From: Candidatus Sericytochromatia bacterium
Lineage (GTDB): Bacteria; Cyanobacteriota; Sericytochromatia; S15B-MN24; VGJW01
NCBI GenBank assembly: GCA_035285865.1
Contig: JAYKHS010000003.1
Coordinates: 64,001 to 128,000, forward strand
Reading direction: 5' to 3'
DNA length: 64,000 bases
Shown here piece after piece: positions 47,213 through 57,226 of this stretch. Made by a program: the position numbers and the translations under genes. Each line of letters begins with the position of its first letter. Position 1 is the stretch's first letter. The notes beneath the pieces are model-generated. The model ran no database searches. It was not told where the DNA came from and was given only the letters and a program-made list of their open reading frames with translations.

Positions 47213-50026
47213 ATGCCCGATCAACAGGACACCACGGACACACGCCTCGCCCCGCTGCGCGAGGACATCCGGTTTCTGGGCGACTGCCTCGGGACCATCC
47301 TGACGGAGCAGGGCGGCGCCGGACTTTTCGCAATCGAGGAAGAGCTGCGCCGGGGCTTCAAGGCCCTGCGGGCCGATCCGGAGGATAGGGCGCTGGGAGC
47401 CCGCCTCGAACGCACCATCGCGGACCTTGATACGGAGACGGCTGCCGGCGTGCTGCGAGCGTTTACCCTCTACTTCCAGTTGGTCAACCTCGCCGAGCAG
47501 CACCAGCGCATCCGCCGCCTGAACGCCCGGGAGGACCGCCCCGGCGAGGAACCCGCCCCGGGATCCCTCGCGGCCGTCGTGGCCCGATTCGCGGCGCGTG
47601 GCGTCCCGGCCTCGGCCATCCGGGACCTGCTGGAGCAGCTCGAGATCGAACCGGTGCTGACGGCGCATCCGACGGAGGCCCTGCGCCGCACGGTCCTGGA
47701 GCACGTCGGGCATCTCGCCGACCTGCTCGAACGACGCGAGGCCCACCCGCCAGGCTCGCCGGCACGAAGACGCGCGGAAGCCGACATCGCGGCCATCATC
47801 GAGGGGCTCTGGCAGACTGACGAAGTGCACCAGCGGGCGCCGACCGTCCAGGACGAAGTCCGCAACGGCCTGTTCCATGTCGAGGGCGTGCTTTTCGATG
47901 CCGTGCCGGAACTGCTCCAGGGCCTCGAGGACATCCTTGCCCGACATTACCCCGGGGAGGCATTCCCCGTGCCCGCATTCCTGCGCATGGGCACCTGGAT
48001 CGGCGGGGATCGGGACGGCAACCCCAATGTCACGCCGGAAGCCACGTGGCAGGCCCTGCTTGCCGGCCACAGAGGCATGCTCCAGCGGCACATGGCTGCG
48101 GCTGATGCGCTGTCGGCCGACCTGAGCCAGTCGACGAACTGGATCCGGATCCCGGAAGACCTGCAGGAGGCTCTGGCCGCGGACGCCCGCATGTGGCCGG
48201 AGCGCGCCGCCGAGGCGCACGACCGCAATCCGCTCGAGCCATACCGCCAACGACTCGCCATCATCCGTCATCGATTGCAGGCGATGCGCGCGGCATGGTG
48301 CGATTCGTGGCAGGATGCCGAACGCATGCCGGCTTCTCGAGCAGGATACGATTCCGCAGCTGACCTGCTGCAAGAGCTCGATGTCCTGGACAGGAGCCTG
48401 CGCAGCCATCGCAGCACCCGAGTCGCGGACGGACCGTTGCGGACATGGCGTCGTCAAGTGGCTTCCTTCGGCTTCCACGGGGCCCGGATGGACCTGAGAC
48501 AGCATGCCGGCAACCACCAGCGGGCCCTCGATACGGTCCTCGGACGCCTCGGCCTTGACGTGCGTGCGTGGGATGCCGGTGCACGCGAAGCTTGGCTGGA
48601 AGGCGAGTTGACCAACCGACGTCCGCTCGTGGCACGCGACCTCGCACCCTACGATGCGTCGACGCGGGAAACGCTCGATACCTTCCGGATGGTCGCCGCG
48701 GCCAGGCGGGTCTTCGGTCCCGAGGCGCTCGGATCGTTCGTGCTCAGCATGACCACGAGCCCCGCGGATGTCCTGACGGCCCTGCTGCTGTTACGGGAGG
48801 GCGGCGTGCTGCAGTGGGCCGAGGACGGCGCCTGCGTGTCGACCATGCCCGTCGTCCCGCTCTTCGAGACCATCGCCGATCTGGCGGAGGCGCCGGGCAT
48901 CATGCGCCGATTGTTCGCCATGCCGGCCTACCGCGCCCATCTGCGCGCACTGGGTGACGTTCAGGAAGTGATGCTGGGCTACAGCGACTCGAACAAGGAC
49001 GGCGGCATCATGACCTCTTCGTGGGCACTCTACCGCGCCCAGCAGGAGCTGCTGGAGGTCGCGGGCGAAGCCGGCATCCGCCTGAAACTCTTTCACGGCA
49101 GGGGGGGGTCGGTCGGCCGCGGTGGTGGTCCCTCGCACCTCGCCATCCTCGCCCAGCCTCCCGGCACGGTGGGCGGGCGCCTGAAACTCACCGAGCAGGG
49201 TGAGGTCATCGGCCACAAGTACGGCCGGGGCCCCCTCGCGAGACGCAGCCTGGAACTGGTGACTTCGGCCGTGCTCGAGAGCAGCCTGCTGCCGGCGGAG
49301 GAGGCGTCCGAGAACCCGGAGTGGCCGCGCATCGCTGCAGACCTCTCGGAGCGCGCACACATCGCCTATCGGACCCTTGTCCACGACCATCCGGCCTTCG
49401 CGGATTTCCTTGGCCGGGCGACGCCGCTCGACCTGCTTGGCGGTCTCAGGCTGGGGTCCCGTCCGGCCCGGCGCCAGGCCGGCAGCGACATCGGAGCACT
49501 TCGGGCCATCCCCTGGGTCTTCGCATGGACCCAGAACAGGATGATCCTGCCGGGCTGGCTGGGTCTGGGCACGGCGCTATCGGGCTGGAGAAAGGCCCAG
49601 GGTCCGGATGCCACCGAACGCCTGCGCCAGATGGCCCGCGATTTCCCCTTCTTCCGGACGCTGCTTTCGAACGTCGAGATGACGCTGGCCAAGGCAGACA
49701 TGGCCATTGCCTCGCGGTATGTGGCGGGACTTGTCGGATCGGTTCCAGACCTCGTCGTCCTCTGGCAGGGCATCGAGGCCGAGTACCGCCTGACGGTCGT
49801 GGAAGTCCTGCTGGTCCTCGACCAGACCGAACTGCTGGAGCAGGCACCGACCCTGCGTCGGTCAATCGCGGCGCGCAACCCTTATGTCGACCCCCTGAAT
49901 CACCTGCAGATCGCCCTGCTGGCAAGATGGCGTGCCTGCGGCGAGGCGACGCCCCCGCCGGCCCTGCTGGACGCCCTGAAGCTCAGCGTGAGCGGCATCG
50001 CGGCGGGTTTGCGCAACACGGGCTAA
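47213..50026 (+). CDS. ppc: Phosphoenolpyruvate carboxylase
   Basis: VLTAHPTE, WIGGDRDGNP, VPLFET, VMLGYSDSNKDGG, FHGRGGSVGRGG, LRAIPWVF and C-terminal RNTG. Confidence 0.98.
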   Translation: MPDQQDTTDTRLAPLREDIRFLGDCLGTILTEQGGAGLFAIEEELRRGFKALRADPEDRALGARLERTIADLDTETAAGVLRAFTLYFQLVNLAEQHQRIRRLNAREDRPGEEPAPGSLAAVVARFAARGVPASAIRDLLEQLEIEPVLTAHPTEALRRTVLEHVGHLADLLERREAHPPGSPARRRAEADIAAIIEGLWQTDEVHQRAPTVQDEVRNGLFHVEGVLFDAVPELLQGLEDILARHYPGEAFPVPAFLRMGTWIGGDRDGNPNVTPEATWQALLAGHRGMLQRHMAAADALSADLSQSTNWIRIPEDLQEALAADARMWPERAAEAHDRNPLEPYRQRLAIIRHRLQAMRAAWCDSWQDAERMPASRAGYDSAADLLQELDVLDRSLRSHRSTRVADGPLRTWRRQVASFGFHGARMDLRQHAGNHQRALDTVLGRLGLDVRAWDAGAREAWLEGELTNRRPLVARDLAPYDASTRETLDTFRMVAAARRVFGPEALGSFVLSMTTSPADVLTALLLLREGGVLQWAEDGACVSTMPVVPLFETIADLAEAPGIMRRLFAMPAYRAHLRALGDVQEVMLGYSDSNKDGGIMTSSWALYRAQQELLEVAGEAGIRLKLFHGRGGSVGRGGGPSHLAILAQPPGTVGGRLKLTEQGEVIGHKYGRGPLARRSLELVTSAVLESSLLPAEEASENPEWPRIAADLSERAHIAYRTLVHDHPAFADFLGRATPLDLLGGLRLGSRPARRQAGSDIGALRAIPWVFAWTQNRMILPGWLGLGTALSGWRKAQGPDATERLRQMARDFPFFRTLLSNVEMTLAKADMAIASRYVAGLVGSVPDLVVLWQGIEAEYRLTVVEVLLVLDQTELLEQAPTLRRSIAARNPYVDPLNHLQIALLARWRACGEATPPPALLDALKLSVSGIAAGLRNTG

Positions 50027-50120
50027 ACGTTTCTTGATCCCGGCATAACCTGAACACAGTCTTCACCCGGTCGGGGAGGCACGACAACCTCCTTGCGTCC
50101 CCCGAGAAACCGACTGCTGA

Positions 50121-50675
50121 ATGATCGCTTTTGCCCCGTCCCTGCGGCACCATCCCGTCCGCAACGTCCGCAGCACCCTGCCAGCCGATGCTGCGACCAC
50201 CCCGGCGCGGCCGCAGCATCGGCCGCAAGCCCGGCAACGAGTGCAGGCTGCCCCACCCTCGGCCCGGCGTCTCGCGGATTTCGAGGATCTGGCCCAGATG
50301 CTGGTTTCCGGAGTTGGTGGCCCGCTCCTTGCCGGGACCGGTGCGCTGGTGGGCTTCTTCCTCGGCGGGCCGGCGCTTGCCCTGACGCTCGCCATGGCGG
50401 GTGGCGCCCTGCCCGCCGTGCTCTTCGGGGGCTACGACGTCGTGGTCGGGACCGGGGACATCCTGGCGGGACGCGAAGGCGGCAAGCGGCAACTGTTGTT
50501 CGGCCTCGGCTTGCTTGCCGCAGGGCCCGGAGTCGTCTGGGCGGGTGCAGCAGTGGGGGGCCTGGCGGGAACCGTCACGGCGGCCACGCTTGGCGCGATG
50601 TTGGCCCCGGGATTGCTGCTGGCAGGCATCTGGCTTGCTGCGGAGATCGGGCGACGCCGCCATCGGCAGGAATGA
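50121..50675 (+). CDS. Gly/Ala-rich hypothetical membrane protein
   Basis: Four hydrophobic Gly-rich segments; true start uncertain. Confidence 0.55.
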   Translation: MIAFAPSLRHHPVRNVRSTLPADAATTPARPQHRPQARQRVQAAPPSARRLADFEDLAQMLVSGVGGPLLAGTGALVGFFLGGPALALTLAMAGGALPAVLFGGYDVVVGTGDILAGREGGKRQLLFGLGLLAAGPGVVWAGAAVGGLAGTVTAATLGAMLAPGLLLAGIWLAAEIGRRRHRQE

Positions 50676-50729
50676 GAGACGGAGTGGTACCCTTCTAAGG
50701 CCCACCCGAATCGCGAACGGCACCGATCC

Positions 50730-52001
50730 ATGGCCCACCTGCTCGATCCTGGCCTGATTGCAGGCCTGCTCACCCTGATCGTCCTCGAGATCGTCCTCGG
50801 GATCGACAATCTCGTCTTCGTCGCGATCCTCTCCGACAAGCTCGAGCCCTCCCAACGGGACAAGGCACGCGGGATCGGCCTCTCGCTCGCGTTGGTCATG
50901 CGCCTCGGTCTGCTGGCGTGCATCTCCTGGATCGTGGGCTTGAAGGAGCCCCTGTTCCGGATTGCGGCCTTCGCACCCTCGGGCCGGGACCTCATCCTGC
51001 TGGCAGGCGGCCTGTTCCTGACTTTCAAGGCCACGATGGAGCTGCACGAACGCCTCGAGGGCGCTTCGCACGGTCCGGGCAAGGCGACGCAGCACGCGCC
51101 GTTCTGGAGGGTGGTGGCCCAGATCGTGCTGCTGGACCTCGTGTTCTCCATCGACTCCGTCATCACGGCAGTCGGGATGGTGGACAGCCTCGGAATCATG
51201 ATCACGGCCGTGCTGGTGTCGATGGGCGTGATGATGCTGGCCGCCAAGCCGCTGTCACGCTTCGTGAACGAGCACCCTACCGTCGTCGTGCTCTGTCTGT
51301 CCTTCCTCCTGATGATCGGTTTCAGCCTGATTGCCGAGGCCTTCCACGTCCACGTGCCCAAGGGTTACCTGTATGCGGCCATCGGTTTCTCGGTCCTCAT
51401 CGAGACCTTCAATCAGGTGCGCCATCGCAATGCCGCAAGGGCGGAAGCCACCCGGCCTTTCCGGCTGCACACCACGGAGCGCGTGCTGCGCCTGCTCGGG
51501 GATCTGCCCCCGCAGGCCATCGACGAAGCGGGTTTCGCGGAACCCGAGCGCCAGCTGGTCTCAGGGGTCCTGGCCCTGGCTGAACGTCCCGTTGCCACGT
51601 GGGCCACGCCCCGATCCGCGATCGTCTGGCTCGACGCGACCCGCCCCGAGGCCGAGCTCCGCGACAGCCTGCTGCGCGCCCCCCATGGCCTGATGCCGGT
51701 CGGCGAGGGCAGCCTCGACAAACCCATCGGCATCGTGCGCGCCAAGGAAGCCCTGGCAGAATTGGCTGCCGGAAGGTCCTTGGCCGAACTGGCCCGAAGC
51801 ATGCCGATCCTGTCGGCGCCGGCAACGACCCGGCCGTTCGATCTGCTCGACCTCCTGCGTCGTTCGGATGACAACCTCGTGTTGCTGCTCGACGCGCAGG
51901 GACAGGTCGCGGGCCTCGTGACCCCGGTGGACATGCTGGCGGCCATCGCCGGCCAGCCGAACGAGGCCGCAGGCTTGCCGGGCACCGCCCTGCCTGCCTG
52001 A
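50730..52001 (+). CDS. TerC-family membrane protein with CBS domains (YegH/YoaE-like)
   Basis: [26 protein letters not shown] and PKGYLY; CBS pair in the C-terminal half. Confidence 0.93.
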   Translation: MAHLLDPGLIAGLLTLIVLEIVLGIDNLVFVAILSDKLEPSQRDKARGIGLSLALVMRLGLLACISWIVGLKEPLFRIAAFAPSGRDLILLAGGLFLTFKATMELHERLEGASHGPGKATQHAPFWRVVAQIVLLDLVFSIDSVITAVGMVDSLGIMITAVLVSMGVMMLAAKPLSRFVNEHPTVVVLCLSFLLMIGFSLIAEAFHVHVPKGYLYAAIGFSVLIETFNQVRHRNAARAEATRPFRLHTTERVLRLLGDLPPQAIDEAGFAEPERQLVSGVLALAERPVATWATPRSAIVWLDATRPEAELRDSLLRAPHGLMPVGEGSLDKPIGIVRAKEALAELAAGRSLAELARSMPILSAPATTRPFDLLDLLRRSDDNLVLLLDAQGQVAGLVTPVDMLAAIAGQPNEAAGLPGTALPA

Positions 52002-52035
52002 CCCCGCCGCCCGGGTATAGGCCAGACAGGCCACC

Positions 52036-53907
52036 ATGTCCGAGTCCAACGCTCCGCCCCCCGGTGCGACAGCCCCGCTGCCGCCGTGGTTCCAGGCCCT
52101 GAGCGACCACTACAGGGCCAAGGCCGCCCACCAGTTCCTGCTGCACTTCAACATCCAGGACCACGTGTTGGTCGAGGGTCGCATCACGACTGTCCGGGAC
52201 CTGCTGGTGCAACGCCTTGCGGATCGCTTCCTGATCGTCACCTACAGCCTGTCCCGCGGCATCGGCTTTCCCGCGACGGGGCAGGCTCAGGCCGAGAGCC
52301 TCGGGCGTGAGCCCGGCCTTGGGCGTCTGCTGGGCTTTCGCGAGTCAGCCGAGGGCAACGTGCCGGTGGACCCCACGCGAGACGACCGGGACTTCCATCG
52401 GCTCCAGGGGCAAGGACGGATCAGCCCGTTGCAGCCTCCGGACGAGGCTCTGCCAGCCATCGAAAGGGCCTTGCGCCAAGGGGGCAGGCGTCTGTGCGTG
52501 CTGCTGGAGCACGTGGACAAACTGGCGCCTGCAGATGCCCGCGGTCGCGACCAGTGGATCGCCGTGGAAACACTGCAACGCTGGGCCCTCGACGGAGAGC
52601 TTGCCGAGCATGGCCATCTCGTCGTCATGCTGGCCGCGGAGCATGGCCAGGTGGCCGCTGCCGTGCAGGGGGCCAACAGCGGCACGGTGTCCCTGCAAAT
52701 CCCGCTGCCCGATGCGGCAGCACGCCGGATCTATCTCGACCATGTGCTCGCGGATTCCCATTTCGCCCGCCTGGCGTGGCAACCGGACTTCACGCCCGCG
52801 GACCTGGCCGGGCACACCGTGGGTTTCTCCCTGCGCGACATCCTGAACACCTTGAGGTTGGCGGCCGCGACGGGCAGGGCGATCGGCCAGGACCTGGTCG
52901 CCGAGCGCAAGCGGGACATCATCCGTCTGGAGAGCCACGGGCTGCTGCAGATCGTCGAAACACGTCATGGGCTCGACGCCATCGGCGGGCTGGAACACGT
53001 CAAGGCCTATCTGGGCGAAAAGATCGGCAACATCCGGAGCTACCTCGACCTGAACGCCCGGCACGAGCACACGGACGCCTCTCGCGACGCCCTCGCGCGA
53101 GCGCTGGCCTTGGTGCCCCGGGGCATCCTGCTCGCCGGTCCTCCCGGGACGGGCAAGACCATCCTCGCGGAAGCCTTGGCCCACGGCACCCAGCTGAACA
53201 TGGTCAAGCTGCAGGACATCCGCAGCATGTGGGTGGGCGAGAGCGAGCGGAATCTGACGAAGGTTCTGGATCTCCTCGTGGCCCTCGCCCCGGTGCTGGT
53301 GTTCGTCGACGAAATCGACCAGGCCCTTGGCAGCCGTGGAGGGCCTACGGCGGGCGCCGGGGGGGATACCGACAAACGGATCTTCGGCAAGCTGCTGGAG
53401 TTCATGGGAGACAACCGGCACCGCGGCCGTGTACTGTGGGTCGCGGCCACGAACCGGCCCGACTTTCTCGATGCCGCGATGCTCCGACGGTTCGATCGCG
53501 TCGTCCCGATCCTCGCCCCCGACCGGGAGGAACGGACGGCGGTGCTCGCCACCCTTGCCGGCCGTATCGGAACCCGGTACGGCACCGACGTGGACCTGGG
53601 CGCCATCGCGGAACGAACCGCAGGCCTGACGGGTGCCGGCCTAGAGGTCATCGTGCGGCGGGCCGCGGAGCTCGCTACCGACAACGTCATCACCCAGCAC
53701 GGGCTCATCACGGCATTGGCAGACCACAAACCCAACCACGACCCCGCTGTCTACGTGGAGCAGGCCATGCGCGCCCTCGTCGCGGCCAACTTCTTCTCGA
53801 TGCTACCCAGACATCTGCCGCCCGATCTCGCGGAGTTGGTCGAGGCCTGCCGGCAGGAGCGCAGCAACGCCCCGCTCGAACGGGCCTTGGCCCGCCTGAT
53901 GCCTTGA
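52036..53907 (+). CDS. Classical-clade AAA+ ATPase (Cdc48/Vps4/Ycf46-like) with a degenerate N-terminal AAA-like module
   Basis: GPPGTGKT, pore loop MWVGESE, VFVDEID and ATNRPDFLDAAMLRRFDR; the N-terminal module lacks a Walker A. Confidence 0.92.
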   Translation: MSESNAPPPGATAPLPPWFQALSDHYRAKAAHQFLLHFNIQDHVLVEGRITTVRDLLVQRLADRFLIVTYSLSRGIGFPATGQAQAESLGREPGLGRLLGFRESAEGNVPVDPTRDDRDFHRLQGQGRISPLQPPDEALPAIERALRQGGRRLCVLLEHVDKLAPADARGRDQWIAVETLQRWALDGELAEHGHLVVMLAAEHGQVAAAVQGANSGTVSLQIPLPDAAARRIYLDHVLADSHFARLAWQPDFTPADLAGHTVGFSLRDILNTLRLAAATGRAIGQDLVAERKRDIIRLESHGLLQIVETRHGLDAIGGLEHVKAYLGEKIGNIRSYLDLNARHEHTDASRDALARALALVPRGILLAGPPGTGKTILAEALAHGTQLNMVKLQDIRSMWVGESERNLTKVLDLLVALAPVLVFVDEIDQALGSRGGPTAGAGGDTDKRIFGKLLEFMGDNRHRGRVLWVAATNRPDFLDAAMLRRFDRVVPILAPDREERTAVLATLAGRIGTRYGTDVDLGAIAERTAGLTGAGLEVIVRRAAELATDNVITQHGLITALADHKPNHDPAVYVEQAMRALVAANFFSMLPRHLPPDLAELVEACRQERSNAPLERALARLMP

Positions 53908-56072
53908 GGATCGTGCAGCTGGCCCTCTGGGTGGGGGCAATCTGCATCGTCGGGTGGTACGTCGCTGCCGAATGTGCCGAATGGCTGGCCCTCTCCTCGG
54001 AACGGGCACGGGCCGCGCTTCAGGGCAGCCTCCTGGGGGCTGCGCTTGGTGGAGGTCTCGTGGTGCTCGAGGTCTTGCTGCTGGACCCGAGCCTCTTCCG
54101 GACACCTGCACGCTGGGGTGGAGAGGCCCTGCGCGGGGCTGTCGTCGGACTGGTCTTCGGGACGGTCGGATTGCTGGCGGCGGCGGCCGCCTATGCGGGG
54201 CTGGGGCATGCCCCATGGGCCAGAGGCCTCTCGTGGGGGGTGCTGGGTCTCGCCACGGGCCTGACCGAAGGCTTCAAGGCGGCTTCGGCACGGCGGGCCA
54301 GGGCAGCCGGGGTCGGTGCCGGTGTCGGCGGCCTGCTGGGCGGTTGGGTGGTCGAACAGGGCCCCGAGTGGGCCGGGCCGTTGTCGGCCAGCCCGGAAGG
54401 CGCCGTCCTGGTGATGACGATGGGCCTTGCCGCATTGGGAGTCTGCCTAGGGGCCGGCATGGGCCTGGCGCAGGTTCTCACCCGCCGGGCCCGGCTGATC
54501 GTCCTGACCTCCCCGCTCGGAAAGCAGCTGGGCCTCGCCTTCGACATCGGCAGTGTCGCGGCCATCGAGACGATAGGCAGCCTGAAGGCCACGTGGACGC
54601 TCACGGGCGACCCCGGCGTGCTGTCCAGGCATCTGTCCCTGGAGCGCCGGGGGGGAAGCCTTCTGGTGCGTCCGCTTGGCCAAGCACAGGTCGACCGTTC
54701 GGATCGCCCCATGCGGCCGGATGAACTCGGTCAGCTGGCGGATGTGGCGTTCCATCGATTGTCCCCTGAAGCGGCCGTCCACCTGCGGGACGGCGAGATC
54801 CTGCGCATCGGCGAGGGAACCCACCTGCACGTCAGTCTGGAACGTCTGCAGCGGACGAACGATGGCCCCCGTTCGCGGATTCCCGCTTTGGTGCTGATGA
54901 TTGCGGCAGCGTGGGCCATCATCCCTGCCGCGACCTCCGAGGCCCGAACGAATGGCAAGCCGGAGCTGGCCATCCGACTCCAGGATGCCCGCATCCTGCC
55001 GGCGCGAGACACCACGGGCCAGTGGCGCGCACGGGCGAACGTCCTCGTCTTGCGCGGGGATGACCCGGTCGAGGGACTCGGTGCCGAAGCCTTCAAGGCC
55101 TCGCTCGACGGCAAGGCCATCCCGATCGCCGCTGCCGGCACGGGGCATGAGTCGCGTCAACCCATCTGCGTGGCTCTCGTCCTTGACCGATCCGGGAGCA
55201 TGCTGGCGAAGGCGCGTCCCCACGGCCCGGCCAGCCGCATGCAAGTGGTGCGGGAAGCAGCCTTGGCTTTCGTCAGACTCCTGGATCCGCGAGACCAGGT
55301 CATGATCGTTTCCTTCGACCGGAACGTGGACGTCCAGGCCCCGACCAGCGATCGGGATCGCCTCGAGCGCGCCATAGCCCAGATCGAACCGGACCGCTGG
55401 GGTGCCGGGACCACGAACCTGCGCGGCGCCGTCGAACGGGCCCTGAACGAGCTGGCCCGGCACCGCGGCCCGGATGCCGGACTCAGGCTGGCCCTCGTCG
55501 CCCTGACGGATGGCGCGCACAACGTGCCCGGCGCACCTTCGCCGGATAGTCTTGTCCGCTCGGCCCGCTCCATCGGCTGCCCGATCCACGCCATCGCCTA
55601 CGGACGCACGGACGCCCCGCGGGGCAGTCGGGACTGGGTCGACGTGCCCGGATTGAAGCAACTCGCCGGGGAGGGGGGCGGCATCTTCCAGATGGCTCCG
55701 GACGTGGCCGCGCTGAATGACGCCTGGGGGCGCATCCTGCGTGCCATCCGCGGCAGCTACGGCCTCGAGCTTGCCCTGGGGCGACGCGTCCCCGACCCCT
55801 ACACCCACGTCCTGGAGGTGCGGCTCGCCGGCACCACCGCTCGCGCAAGCGGCCACGTCAGCGGCGGCATGGTCCCCTCACTTCCGGGAACAGCAGGCAT
55901 GCGCCTCGCCATCTGGCTGCCGATGGCCCTGCTGCTCGCGCTGGGCGGTCTTGCCGTGCCACCGGGGTGGCGTCGCCTGGAACGCCTGCTTGCCCCCACG
56001 GAGCACCCGCCGCCCATCCGGAGCGAGGCCTTGGCCCTCTGGGAAGCCCACAAGAAAAGGGGCGCGTCATGA
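53904..56072 (+). CDS. Multi-TM protein with FHA-like domain, vWA (MIDAS) domain and C-terminal TM
   Basis: TTG start overlapping the AAA stop; about six Gly-rich TMs; TIGS...GDPGVLSRHL...LRDGEILRIG (FHA-like); LVLDRSGSM, GTTNL and LTDG (vWA). Confidence 0.85.
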   Translation: MRIVQLALWVGAICIVGWYVAAECAEWLALSSERARAALQGSLLGAALGGGLVVLEVLLLDPSLFRTPARWGGEALRGAVVGLVFGTVGLLAAAAAYAGLGHAPWARGLSWGVLGLATGLTEGFKAASARRARAAGVGAGVGGLLGGWVVEQGPEWAGPLSASPEGAVLVMTMGLAALGVCLGAGMGLAQVLTRRARLIVLTSPLGKQLGLAFDIGSVAAIETIGSLKATWTLTGDPGVLSRHLSLERRGGSLLVRPLGQAQVDRSDRPMRPDELGQLADVAFHRLSPEAAVHLRDGEILRIGEGTHLHVSLERLQRTNDGPRSRIPALVLMIAAAWAIIPAATSEARTNGKPELAIRLQDARILPARDTTGQWRARANVLVLRGDDPVEGLGAEAFKASLDGKAIPIAAAGTGHESRQPICVALVLDRSGSMLAKARPHGPASRMQVVREAALAFVRLLDPRDQVMIVSFDRNVDVQAPTSDRDRLERAIAQIEPDRWGAGTTNLRGAVERALNELARHRGPDAGLRLALVALTDGAHNVPGAPSPDSLVRSARSIGCPIHAIAYGRTDAPRGSRDWVDVPGLKQLAGEGGGIFQMAPDVAALNDAWGRILRAIRGSYGLELALGRRVPDPYTHVLEVRLAGTTARASGHVSGGMVPSLPGTAGMRLAIWLPMALLLALGGLAVPPGWRRLERLLAPTEHPPPIRSEALALWEAHKKRGAS

Positions 56073-57226
56073 GTCGCATGGCACGCCTCGAGCAGATCCC
56101 GTGGTGGAACAGCGCGATGTTGGCAGAAGCCACCGTCCTGCTGGCCGGGGTCGGTGCCGTGGGCAACGAGGTGCTCAAGAATCTGGCCCTGATGGGCGTG
56201 GGGCGCGTGGTTCTGGTCGACAGGGACAAGGTCGCGCTGCATAACCTCTCGCGCAGTGTCCTCTTCCGACCGGAACACGTCGGCATGGCCAAGGCGAAGG
56301 CCGCTGCGGAGTCGGCGCTCGGACTGGCCCCCGAGGCCGTCTTCGTGCCCCTCGAGATGGACGTGGCAAAGGTTTCGCCAGCCCTGGCCGCATGGGTGGA
56401 CGTCGCGATCGGGGCCTTGGACAGCCTTGCGGCACAGGTGCGGCTTGGCCGACTGTGTCGGGTTGCCGGCATCCCTTGGGTCCAGGGGGGACTCGGCGAC
56501 GCCACGGACCTTTTCAAGGCCACGCTGGCCACGCATCCGGGCGAGGAGGGGCCTTGCCTCGAATGCCGGCTTCCCGAGGGCCTGGGAGACCGCCTGCTGG
56601 CCGAGGACCTGCCCCGCGGAGGGTGTGCCGAGGCCGGTCGAGAAGCCGAGGCAGCCGGTGGCGTCCCCTCGACGCCGATGACCGCCTCCATTCTGGGCGG
56701 GCTGCTGGCGCTCGAGGCCCTAGCCGTCCTTCACGCGCGCCGTGGTCTTCCCGGTCCGGACAGCCCCCCGGCGTGGGGCACCCACGCCCATTGGAATCTC
56801 CGCGTGCCCTCGGTCCACGCTCTTCGGGGCACGACGGTCCGACCCGAATGCCCGTGGCACGAACCCGTGCGCGTCCACAGGCTGGACCGCCAGATGGCCA
56901 ACCTGCCGATTGCCCACCTCTGGGACGTGCTTGGGCCATCAGGCATGGCCGGCCTCGAGGGTCACCTCGTCCGACACGCGGCCTGCCCAGGATGCAGGGC
57001 CAGCGCCGACTGGCGCTGGTGCCCCGACCTCCCTGCCCCGTGCCCTCACTGCGGTACCCCGGACCCGGCGGCCGAAAGTCTGCGTCATCTGCCGCGTGCA
57101 CACGCCCAATGCGCCCGTACGCCGCGCGCACTGGGAATCCCGCCGGGCATCGGCCTCCGCTGGTTCGATGGGGACGAGGCATGGACCGTGACGTGGCCCG
57201 GCGTCCTCGGGGACCTCAGCCCGTGA
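56069..57226 (+). CDS. E1-like ThiF/MoeB/UBA activating enzyme with C-terminal Zn ribbon
   Basis: GVGAVGNEVLKNL, VDRD, NLSR, KAKAA, ALDS, PCLEC, candidate catalytic Cys in GGCA, CPWH and CPGC...CPHC. Confidence 0.92.
   Translation: MSRMARLEQIPWWNSAMLAEATVLLAGVGAVGNEVLKNLALMGVGRVVLVDRDKVALHNLSRSVLFRPEHVGMAKAKAAAESALGLAPEAVFVPLEMDVAKVSPALAAWVDVAIGALDSLAAQVRLGRLCRVAGIPWVQGGLGDATDLFKATLATHPGEEGPCLECRLPEGLGDRLLAEDLPRGGCAEAGREAEAAGGVPSTPMTASILGGLLALEALAVLHARRGLPGPDSPPAWGTHAHWNLRVPSVHALRGTTVRPECPWHEPVRVHRLDRQMANLPIAHLWDVLGPSGMAGLEGHLVRHAACPGCRASADWRWCPDLPAPCPHCGTPDPAAESLRHLPRAHAQCARTPRALGIPPGIGLRWFDGDEAWTVTWPGVLGDLSP

Noticed and set aside
50676..50729. yybP-ykoY manganese riboswitch before terC
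   Set aside because: The 54-nt gap is too short and I see no consensus elements.
52494..53903. N-terminal 470 aa of the 1192-aa ORF 52494..56072
   Set aside because: It overlaps the AAA gene out of frame; the likely start is TTG 53904. The same applies to the over-extended ORFs starting at 12962, 21723, 27040, 56392 and 57987.
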